Of a stretch of DNA of 64,000 nucleotides, positions 39,959 to 50,389 are shown piece after piece (the first letter of the stretch is position 1; each line of letters begins with the position of its first letter). Source of the stretch: Gnetum montanum (Eukaryota > Plantae > Gnetophyta); the NCBI GenBank assembly GCA_015680685.1, contig MNCI01000307.1, forward strand, positions 201,968 to 265,967. The letters run 5' to 3'. Position numbers and translations under genes: made by a program. A model generated the notes under the pieces. The model was not told the DNA's origin, did no database searches, and saw nothing but the letters and a program-made list of their open reading frames with translations.

Positions 39959-40721
39959 ATGGCATCATCGGAGGACAAGCAGCAGCAGCAGAAGATGAAA
40001 ATGAAAATGCTCATGATGCTGAGCGCACTTTTCCTGTTGCCAATGTTGGCAATGGCAGATCGAGTGCCCATGGAGCAGCAAGGCCACCCAGACCAGCCAG
40101 GCGTAAGTTATGAAACAAGCACTGAATCCTGCATACACGCAATTTATCTTTGGTTACGTTTGATTTGATTTGATTTGTTGAAGCACGCTAACCCCGTTAA
40201 TTCGCTGGTTTGGTCATTCTTAATGGTTTTGTCTTCTGACGTTTCAGAAGCAGGATTGCATGTACACGTTCTTCGTGCAGGACGGCTTGTTACCAGCCCC
40301 AGGAACGGACTGCAAGATAAGCATGAACGTGTTCGACGAGGCAGACAATGAGATACAGATTCCGGATTATTGCCCGGGGGAAAATCCGGACAGCTTCTGC
40401 GTAAAGGGGACGTGCCTGAAGTCGGCGCCGTGCAAGATCGCTCTGACTTTGAATGGCACGTGCCTGAAGTCGGCGCCGTGCAAGACCGCTCTGACTTTAA
40501 ATGGCACAGACACTTGCCGTGGGTGGTTTTGCAACTCGGTTCAGGTTACAAAAAGCGAATACAAGATGAATTCCACCACCCACTTCTTCAGCGTTGACCA
40601 CCGGCTCACACCAGATGATCCCACCCACATCGTCGATGACTGCCTCCTCAAAAGCAGCATCGTCACTGAAAGCCACGGCCACGGAGGGCTGCCTCTTCCA
40701 ATCCAATCTGAATCTGAATAA
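39959..40721 (+). CDS. PLAT/LH2 domain-containing secreted protein (plant PLAT1/ATS3-like family); exons 39959-40102 and 40248-40721
   Basis: Signal peptide in exon 1; phase-0 intron GGC|gtaagt...tttcag|AAG; exon 2 has DCMYTFFVQDG..GTDCKIS..CLKSAPC..GWFCNSVQVT..FSVDHRL..DDC, matching plant PLAT motifs (CVYT..AGTDS..CL..C..GWY.N.VEVT..F.VEQWL). The ORF is intact and CpG-rich. Confidence 0.88.
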
Positions 40722-40984
40722 GCCGTTTCTAAATCATCTTTACTACACTACCATCACCACTACCACTACCACGACTGTTATAATATTATCTTACACCACT
40801 ACCACTACCACTACCACGACTGTTATAATATTATCTTAAATAAATAATGGAGAGGAGCTTATAGATGCACTCTCACTGGTGTATGATGATCAGTTTGTAG
40901 TACTACTACCCGCAACCACCCTGTTACTCATACTTCTGTAGAGATCATATCTATCTACTGCCTCTGTCATTCTAAATAAATAAT

Positions 40985-41600
40985 GAAGCCTATGGTATTC
41001 TAGTTAAGATTGTGTTGGATAGAGATCTAAGTTTACTTTTAAATTTTGGCAAGCTTTTCAAAGTAACATGAATACTTAAATTGAATTTAAGTTCAGCTTA
41101 TCATTCTCAAATAGATAGCCAGTTAGAAAGAACCAACCAAATTGTAGAAGATATGTTGAGAGCATGTGCATTAGACTACTAACAAAGTTAACATAAGGTG
41201 TTACCTATGGCTGAGTTGCTTGCAACAACAACAAAGTCAGTTTTAAGACTACTTCTTGTGAATTTCTTTATGCTAGACTATGCAAAACCTTTTTATGTTG
41301 AGATTCTTTTGAATACAAACAAATAATTAGCATAGACTTGATAGAGCAAACTACCTCACAAATCAAAATAATCAAAGATAAGCTCTAGACAACTTACTGA
41401 AAATAGAATAACTAATTACTTAAATATTAGATATAGACCTTTAGATTTTGGAGTGAATAATCATGTTTCTTGAAAGTTTCACCTTTAAAAGAGATAATGA
41501 GATTTAACAAGAGGGAAAATTTGCTCTTTGCTAAATTGAACCCCCTTTAAATTTTCAAAAAAAAATTAGTTGCTTTACTTATTACATCAGTTTACTATCT
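40985..41600 (+). mobile_element. Decayed Ty3/gypsy integrase fragment (chromovirus-like)
   Basis: LNLSSAYHSQIDSQLERTNQIVEDMLRACALDY matches the integrase core SSAYHPQTDGQSERTNQ.LEDMLRAC. A later VFLKVSPLK-like motif is present. Confidence 0.8.
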
Positions 41601-42659
41601 TAGCTTTAAACCTAGTGTCAAAGACAAGCAAGCAATAATGAGATTGTTATTTGAAAAACCTATTGTCAAAGACAAGCAAGTAGTAATGAGATCTGTTTGG
41701 CAACCAAATCAAGAAGCAAAACAAATCAGAGGAGTTAAAGACAAAATGATCTTCAAAGCAAATACCAAGGGTGCACTAAAGGACATAGTAGGGTAGGAGA
41801 GAGATTGAAAGAAGAGATACATTTAAAGAGCATCTCCAATTAATCAAGTAGGAGTCACGCAAGAAAATGTTAAGGGAGGTAAGCTAGCTACTCAGAATAA
41901 GAAGAAAAAAATAATAAATTTACCAAATATAAAGGTAATGAAAGGTGCATATGTTCTTAAAGTATTGAATAGACCGAGGGGGCTTGACATCCAAGCCATG
42001 ATGTTTTAAAAGGGTCACAATCAGTCTTTGAGTTGCTTTAGATCTAGCTCCTTTGCTTTTGCTAGTTTTCTTTGAAGTTTTAGAACATTTAAAAAGGATG
42101 GGTTCCTAGCATTCATATACTTTTATCCATTGTCAAAGTTTTAGATGGACACAATTCTGCAAATGGATAGCAATAGGAAACCAAGAGCCTAAGGACCACT
42201 CATGTCAAGATGTTGATTATAGAGGGTTGAATCTCCTTTGATGGATGGCCTGCGTAGAATTGATTAAATGCTCTGCAAAACTTTTGGATAGGCTTGAGAA
42301 GTGACTTGGAAAAACTCTCTTTTACTATCTTAAAAAATCAACACATATATTATCTTTATTTTTACTATTTTAAAGAATTTTTTTTTATTTTGTATTTATC
42401 TTCCATTCCTTCTTTTCTAAAAACTCTTTTAAATCTACGATTTCTGGCCTTACTTTTTAGTTTTGTCACTTAAACAGTCGCTTCTACGATTTTTGGCCTT
42501 TTCAGTTTTCTCACTTAAACAATGGCTTCCAAACCGTAGAGTTACTCTCACGAGTGAACTTGGGTTGAGGACAAAGGTAAGCCGGTGATTAATCATGCCG
42601 GTGACTAATCATCATTTAACGAAAAAACGTAAAAACAAAGCAGGGTCATCGTTATCCAT

Positions 42660-42962
42660 CATGAGTCATGAACATGATGACAAGTCAGGAACATGATGAC
42701 GGACAGATGCTTGTTCGAACCCTAAATCGTGAAAGCATTTACCAAGAACTTTTTTTAAAAGTATGTTTGCTTATGAGCGAGCGAAGCCCACCAGCACATT
42801 GCCAATGGCCATATGCAAGTTCATGGTGCTCTCTTTTTACTTTCCCCTTCATCATGACTAGTGCCCATTCCCCAGCATTCAAAAGGTTTTCGATCATTGA
42901 AGGCGAGGTGAGTTATTGGGCTGTGCCTAGGTTAGTTAAGTTGTGTCTTCTAAAGTATGGCC
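42660..42962 (+). repeat. Right arm of the inverted repeat pair flanking the PLAT gene
   Basis: Inverted match to 38580-38830. Confidence 0.8.
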
Positions 42963-44748
42963 GGATTATGGCTGGTTATGCAGGGCTCGTAGGCAAGGAG
43001 ATTTTCGAATCTGCAAATCTTTCAGAGTCTCCGTCTTTGAATGAAGCCAGAGCACTTGTTGCTGCTGCGCTTGGTTTTTCTTTCCTTTCATTTTTAAAAT
43101 TTTTTTTAATTCTGGGTTATGCGATTCTCTGCATATCGATATACTTCTGCATTTTCTCTTCTCTCTTCGGTTTTGATTGAAACCCTGCAACTGTTCTGGG
43201 TTCTGGGTTCACGACCTGCTTCTGGTTCACCAATGGCGGATGGGCTTTAGATAGGGCTCCGGAACTTAATGGGGTTTTGCTTTGCGGTTTTGGCATGCAG
43301 AAATGTTAAGGATTTAGTGGTGCTGCAGTGGCGCGTGGAGAGATGGCACAGAGCAGTGGGATTCACGTCAGCGGCGCTGTGAATAGTGGTGGCAGAGGCG
43401 AGTAGAGATAGAGGATTAGGCCTGCTGCTGACCGAGTTGTTGCAGCAGCGAGCTACCCGTTGCCGCAGCTGCAATTCATGTTGCAGCCTCTTCTTCCGTT
43501 AATTGGCCTTTCCAGAAACATGCCGTTGCTGACGTTTGCAGCATTCTTCGGCGTGTACGTGGGTGTAGTGAGAAACCCAAGATTGACCTGACTTAAAATA
43601 GAAATCGTGCCTTTCCTTCACTGCCGTCGCTGCCCTCTCTACCATCGCTGCAACCCAACCGCTGCAACTGCCGACCCACTATGCTCTTTCACGCCGCTGC
43701 CGCTCTGCCACTGCAACTATCAACCCGCTGTGCTCTCTGTCGCCGCTGCGTCAGTGCCGCTGCCGTTGCTGCTGCTTCGCTGCCTCTGCCGATGCACTCT
43801 CTGCTCCACTATAAATTAACCTGGACGGTTTGCTGTTTTTTTGCTTTTCCTTTTTTTAAAAATGGCATTTGGTTGCTTGTGGAGTTTTAGGGTTTTGGGT
43901 TCCGATTTTGCTACAGTTTCAGCGCGATTTGCAATTTTGTTTTGTTAGCATTGCGTGGCTTTGCTTTCTTCATATTTTTATTTTCAAATGTTTGCGGTGC
44001 CAGTAGCAATGAAACTAACTCACATGGGTCTGCGTTTGTCTTTTCTTGGCCAAGAGGCCAACATGTCTGGCTAGCGAGGGGAGTGACGTTTGTCACCCTG
44101 CCATATCACGTGCTACATGAAATCCATGAAATGGGATGTTGTGATGCGTCAGTGCAACAAAACCCGCTATCCAGAACATTTCATCAAAGCCTTCCACCAT
44201 TACAGCCCGAGCAGCATGCTCATGCGTTCAATAAGAACACAACTATAGGATTGATAGATAAGCGAAAATTCAACCTCCGTATTTCAAAGCAACAATTGCG
44301 GAGTGAATACAGGCGTACCAAAATGTTTTTAACTTGAAACAGCCTCAGCAACTTTGTGGCGTCTCAGAAACTGAAGCAGCCGTTTCTCTGCAGTAGAATA
44401 CACGGTGTCAAACATATCTATCAAAGAATGAACACAGAAGTTGCTTAGCAAAAACAATGCAGGTGCTCAATCAATTGCCTTTTTTTGAAACGGTAGGTCT
44501 GAACTACGAAATTCTAAATCGCAACGTTTGTTGACCGTGTCACAAGCGTCCAAGAAATTCTGAAAGAGCTTTCCGTGCTGCTTCTTCATTTTCTTGTCTT
44601 TCACTATTAATAAATATACAGAGCCGCAGCTCCTTTCCAAGAACATAAGCGTCTTAACAAAATGGCAGGCGCGGAAAATCTTTGAACTTTGGTTTCTCTG
44701 TGTTTTTGCATCCGGCGATTGATTGATTCATTCGTTTCTGTCCTTTAA

Positions 44749-45237
44749 ATGGAGAACCCTAGCAACAGGGTGGAGGTTGAGTGTTTGCAGCAGCTTGAGT
44801 CGGACGTAGATGAAAGAATGAGCGCACATGAAATCAACGCGTTTCTGCAAAACTTGGCCATGGAGGCGGTGCCGATGCACAAAATCCAAGATATCGTTGA
44901 GAGCGCATGCAGCCTAAGCTTTGATGAATTCGTTGCGTTTTGCAAGAATTTCTTCAGTATAGAGTCCGGCTTTGAGTCTGAAGAAGAAAAAGAAGAAGAA
45001 GAGGCAGCTATGCTCAAGGATGCCTTCAGTATTTATGATAAAAACGGCAATGGCTTTATATCTGCAGAGGAGCTTCAGAGAGTATTGAGGTCTCTTGGAT
45101 TCTGGCAACATGATGATCAATATTATGGTGTTGCTGATTGCGAGAACATGATTTGCAGATTTGATAGGAATTGTGATGGACTTCTGGATTTTTCAGAATT
45201 TCATTCCATGATGATTATGAACATCGGCGCCTGTTGA
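44749..45237 (+). CDS. Calmodulin-like EF-hand calcium-binding protein (CML), intronless
   Basis: Intact 162-aa ORF with canonical C-terminal EF-hand loops DKNGNGFISAEE and DRNCDGLLDFSE, the motifs LKDAFSIYD and ELQRVLRSLG, and degenerate N-terminal EF hands. A TATA-like taaatata lies at about 44611. Confidence 0.92.
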   Translation: MENPSNRVEVECLQQLESDVDERMSAHEINAFLQNLAMEAVPMHKIQDIVESACSLSFDEFVAFCKNFFSIESGFESEEEKEEEEAAMLKDAFSIYDKNGNGFISAEELQRVLRSLGFWQHDDQYYGVADCENMICRFDRNCDGLLDFSEFHSMMIMNIGAC

Positions 45238-46668
45238 TTATTTATTATTTCTTGTCACAGTTTTGTGTTGGAGTCCTACTAATTTAAGGCAGAAAAAAGA
45301 TTAACTCAGTTGTCTGTCTAATCCCAATTGTTATTTTCTATCATCTATCCTTTATCCAGCAAAATCTCTTGTTCAATCCATGTATTGAGAACTTCTTACA
45401 AACCTATAAAAGCATCAAATATTTTTCTTTGCCATAAGAAATTTGCTGTAGAAAAGAAGCTGAATTCTGACTAAATCAATGCCTTATTTGAAACCTCTTT
45501 CACCTTGAAAACATGTTTAAGAAATTTTTTTTTCTAAAGGTCAAAGAAACATCCTTTATATTCAAAGAGAACCATTTCTCATTAAGCACTACACATGTAG
45601 CAACTTTTTTTATAAGCTCATCGTCTAATCTTCTTTACACGTCCAAACCATCTAACCTACCAGTTATATAGAAGTCACTCTAAGTTATACTATTTATCTA
45701 TTTTTCCTCTCTTTTGATGATATTCAACTGCAATCAAAGCATTCACATTTCTATTACACTGATTTATAAATCATGCCTCTTTTGTANNNNNNNNNNNNNN
45801 NNNNNNNNNNNNNNNNNNNNNNNNNNNNNNNNNNNNNNNNNNNNNNNNNNNNNNNNNNNNNNNNNNNNNNNNNNNNNNNNNNNNNNNNNNNNNNNNNNNN
45901 NNNNNNNNNNNNNNNNNNNNNNNNNNNNNNNNNNNNNNNNNNNNNNNNNNNNNNNNNNNNNNNNNNNNNNNNNNNNNNNNNNNNNNNNNNNNNNNNNNNN
46001 NNNNNNNNNNNNNNNNNNNNNNNNNNNNNNNNNNNNNNNNNNNNNNNNNNNNNNNNNNNNNNNNNNNNNNNNNNNNNNNNNNNNNNNNNNNNNNNNNNNN
46101 NNNNNNNNNNNNNNNNNNNNNNNNNNNNNNNNNNNNNNNNNNNNNNNNNNNNNNNNNNNNNNNNNNNNNNNNNNNNNNNNNNNNNNNNNNNNNNNNNNNN
46201 NNNNNNNNNNNNNNNNNNNNNNNNNNNNNNNNNNNNNNNNNNNNNNNNNNNNNNNNNNNNNNNNNNNNNNNNNNNNNNNNNNNNNNNNNNNNNNNNNNNN
46301 NNNNNNNNNNNNNNNNNNNNNNNNNNNNNNNNNNNNNNNNNNNNNNNNNNNNNNNNNNNNNNNNNNNNNNNNNNNNNNNNNNNNNNNNNNNNNNNNNNNN
46401 NNNNNNNNNNNNNNNNNNNNNNNNNNNNNNNNNNNNNNNNNNNNNNNNNNNNNNNNNNNNNNNNNNNNNNNNNNNNNNNNNNNNNNNNNNNNNNNNNNNN
46501 NNNNNNNNNNNNNNNNNNNNNNNNNNNNNNNNNNNNNNNNNNNNNNNNNNNNNNNNNNNNNNNNNNNNNNNNNNNNNNNNNNNNNNNNNNATATAATAAT
46601 AAAATTTTACTCATTGCTTGCAAAACCGCTCCACTAGCTTAGATGTGTGTGTGTGTGTGTGTGTATAA

Positions 46669-46831
46669 TTGGCTGAGATGATTTTAAATAAGATGATTTT
46701 AACCAAGATAACTAAATTGGGTAAGTGGTAGAGAAATAGAGGGATGAGTGATTCCGTTTTTAGTTATCTTGTTACCTTGTTTAGTAGTCAGGCTTGGTTA
46801 AAATCATCTTATTTAAAATCATCTAGGCCAA
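46669..46831. mobile_element. Hairpin MITE with about 40-bp terminal inverted repeats, set in microsatellite
   Basis: ttggctgagatgattttaaataagatgattttaaccaag pairs with cttggttaaaatcatcttatttaaaatcatctaggccaa. It is flanked by (GT)n-TATA and (TA)5. Confidence 0.8.
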
Positions 46832-47725
46832 TATATATATCTAAGCTAGTTTTATTAATGGTAGTCTGCAACCTCACTACGAAGCATAGTTTTGTCACAC
46901 TGTCATTTTATGTCAGTGTTATCTATTGCGAGAGCCTTGCACCTCACATTGTAGTGTGAGAGTATTTTAATTTGTAAACTACAACCTCACTACAACCCAC
47001 AATTTCATGGTGCTATTTGTTAATATCTTTCTATCTAATTAGGAGAGACCTACGCCTCACACTATTTATTAAATTTTAGTATATTTTGAGAAATGCAACC
47101 ATACTATGATCCATAGTTTTGTGGCACTATTTTTTTTATATTGTTTTGGTTTCTTACTGCACAAGAATTGTGTCTCGTAGTCCGCTAGCAATATGTCTAC
47201 GAGTGAACTACGATCCATAGTTTTCTAACAATGTTTCTAATGTGTGCTAATAACGTTAACTTCAATGCAACATAGCTATAGTTGGTGAATTGTTTTCAAA
47301 GTTATATCCAATCATGAGTGTTGTAAAAGCCAAAGGCACAAGTCAAAGAGATCTTTGAAAATTATATTATTACAGTTATTTAGCAAATATTTTTTGTTAT
47401 GTTATTGAATCTTTGAAATTGTAGCTATTGCCTTAATTTTTGAACGTAATGTTCAAACTATTTTGGAGTTGCTAGAAATGTCTATCCTTTCTAAGAAGTT
47501 AAAGAGAATTAGAGTATATGATTAAATGACAATGGAAAGTTTCTATGATAAAAATGTTGTTTACATTTTTTATGAATGGTTGACTAATGATGTCTCAAAT
47601 GTGATAAATACTTTGCAAGCCACTGTGCCTTCAACATAAATGATATTGTAGATATCATACAAGTTCCATGCAATAATAATGAGCCAGCTATCAAGGAATG
47701 AAGGTGGAAGAAAAGTGAAAATCAC

Positions 47726-48394
47726 TTGATTCAATATGCCCAAAACTTTGATAAGACAGATAGCAACCCAAATTGCTATCTGGAGTTGTTGTTGCTCTCG
47801 AAATTTATGCAATGCACTTTATTTCTAGTAAAAGTAATAAAAGCTAAGATTTCTAACAATGCAATTTTCTTGATGTGGGCATTGGATAACAATAAAGGTT
47901 TTCATTTTGATATCCCAATGACCATACTATTTGAGATGAAGAGGCATGGAAGGGCATTGCAGCTTCATGATGCTAGAGAGTCTATGGGCTTTCCAATTAT
48001 TGTGACCAAATTATTACAAAAACACAGCATACAGTTTATCCCTATCCAACTTCAGGATATAGTGAAGTTGGAGCTTGATAGCATTTTCAAGAATGCATCC
48101 TTGTCTAAGAGGCCTAAAAGCTCAACCGATGTAAAAAAAGATGATAAGCCTTCTATGCAAGATGTGTGCCATCATGATAAATGTTTTCTAAAAGAAATCA
48201 AAGACAAGTTAGATAATGTAATCGAGACATTACATCAATATTTCAAAAGCAATGCAACACTTTGGAATACTATGGAGGAGCTAAAATCCGACAAGTCTCA
48301 GTTGGTGGAAGAGAATAATACACTAAAGGAAAAAATAAAGAACTTTGTGGCCAACGAAAGTAGTTGCATGAACAACCTTCTTGACCAGAATTAA
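47726..48394 (+). pseudogene. Transposon-associated accessory ORF remnant (putative plant transposon protein-like) with coiled-coil tail
   Basis: FLMWALDNNKGFHFDIPMTILFEMKR..MGFPIIVTKLLQKHSI resembles plant TE accessory domains. It may splice to the downstream Ulp1 exon. Confidence 0.5.
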
Positions 48395-48838
48395 AAATGG
48401 GTGATGAAATTATAGCACTAAATACTGAAATATGCATGCAAAGGAATGCATTGGTGGCCAAAAACATTCACCTTGATAAAAGTAACATCATAGAAGACCC
48501 TAAATATGGTATGATATTGTACATTTTCTATATTTCTTTAAATATTTATTATTTTTCGAAGTCTTTGTTTCAATGTGCTTAATGTTAAGGTGTGTAACAG
48601 ATTTGGATGATATGGGTATACCCAGAGCATCCAAGAGATTATTTGAATCTGCTATGTATAACAAAGAACAAGTAATCCATAAAGCAATAGGCAAGAAAAT
48701 TTGAATCGTTGTTGCATTTTTTACATTTAGAAATTTAAATTTTCTATTTGTTGGTTGTCATAGTCTTATTATATGTATGAAACAATAATAGTAAAATGTT
48801 GTCTAAGTTTATTATCTGATTTTTGCATCTCATAGTAG

Positions 48839-49704
48839 ATGCCAATCTTGATTTCAAAATAACAATAATTGATGAATATGCAACAATTCACAGAGTGATG
48901 CAATTGGTTGTTTCTAGGCCAATTGACAATAAAGAGCTTGTGAGGACATCATTTCCCCCATATGTTGCCACAGGATTCTCTTTTAGTACTTTATATTAAA
49001 AAGGATGGAAAGATGGATAAACAATGACATCATTGATATCTACATCATGCACTTGAAGGAACTTCAAAATTCCTTTTATGGCTCCCATGAATTTCAAAAT
49101 TCAACATATTTCATTTTCAGCACTATGTTTCAATGTTATAAGAAGTTCTTCAAGAGCAAGATGCAAGTAGCTTAGAAAAACCATTCAAAACATAGATCAA
49201 AGAATACCAACAAAACACATATCATCAATGTTGAAAGTAGTACATTGGTTGAAGAAGATGTTGATGATTTTGTTGTATAAATAGATATTATTAATGAGCC
49301 TAAAGATAAAAAATGTTGGAATGAGTTTTTGGAATCCAGACACACATTCTTCTGTCTTCCTTTCAACACTTATGGGCATTAGGTTCTTATTGTTGTTGAC
49401 GTACTGGCTTATAAAATCTTGGTGTATTATTCAATGCCTTCTGCACAATATCTTGCAACAGTTAGAAAATTGATGTTGAAGTATATTGAGTGTTTATTTG
49501 ATGCGGAGACTAGTTACTCTAATGTTGTTAAGGATGTCAAGGAAAAGAGGAAGCAAGTAGCTTTAAAATATAATGTAATTATAGTAGAAGGTCTTCCCAA
49601 ATAAGAAAATGGATATGATTGTGGAATGTATTCAATTATCTTTATGCATCACTTGGTACTCCGTGAAGAGTTGAAATTTACTTCTAAATTATCCGTAATG
49701 TTGT
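48839..49704 (+). pseudogene. Ulp1-like SUMO protease (peptidase C48), decayed
   Basis: WINNDIIDIYIMHL; FLPFNTYGH*VLIVVD (catalytic His-Trp with TGG>TAG); ILVYYSM; GLPK*ENGYDCGMYSIIFM (oxyanion Gln CAA>TAA, catalytic Cys). Confidence 0.88.
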
Positions 49705-50389
49705 AACATTTTTAACATTTTTGGTCTAATAAATCATCCTTAATGATGGCTCATATGTTACAACAAGTATGATACTCATGATTAAACAAAAGCTTTAAAA
49801 TATTCTCAAAACAAATATCTAGTATCAAAAGATATAACAAATTAATTTTCGATCTTAAAGGTAATAGTTTTAATAGATTTTCACAAACATGCATGTCACA
49901 TAGTCCTTGCACACCTTTTTTGTGAATCACTATGGAACAATGTGCATCACACTTTAGCATGCTCAATTCATAGACATAGATTGTGATGGAAAGTGTATCA
50001 CATGTCATTGTAATATCAGATGAGATAGTGATCTACATGACATTGCAGCCCTTTGGCAAAGACTATGATTACATGCACCTTACATCTAAGCCACTATCTC
50101 CAAAGTGTGATAACATGGAAGTTGCAAGGTACCACACAATGTTGAGCATGTCTCTATTTTTAGATATGAATAGATTATGATTCACAATCCATGCACTGTC
50201 TCCTACTTGTCATGATGCCCTAGCTATGTATCTTGCAAGGTGTCACACTTTGGCTCTCTAGTCTTTGGTGGAGAATGCAATGGAAAGGCAACTCACATGA
50301 TAATGCTTTGTATCCTATAGGTCTCCAAGTATGCAAGGGAAGTGTGACTCATAGCATCATGCAGTTCATACCAAATGGCATGTAGACCT

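Noticed and set aside
41700-42300. Possible LINE fragment
   Set aside because: No recognisable RT or endonuclease motif in any frame.
42668-43180. 170-aa ORF as a gene
   Set aside because: It overlies the inverted-repeat arm, has no recognisable domain and ends in low-complexity T-rich sequence.
44745-45120. Antisense ORFs over the CML gene
   Set aside because: Shadow frames of the real CDS.
45714-46642. Long ORFs of 289-307 aa
   Set aside because: Artefacts of translating the N gap.
46875-46879. CACTA terminus
   Set aside because: CACTA occurs inside a locally repeated motif (again at about 46988), and no En/Spm transposase is present.
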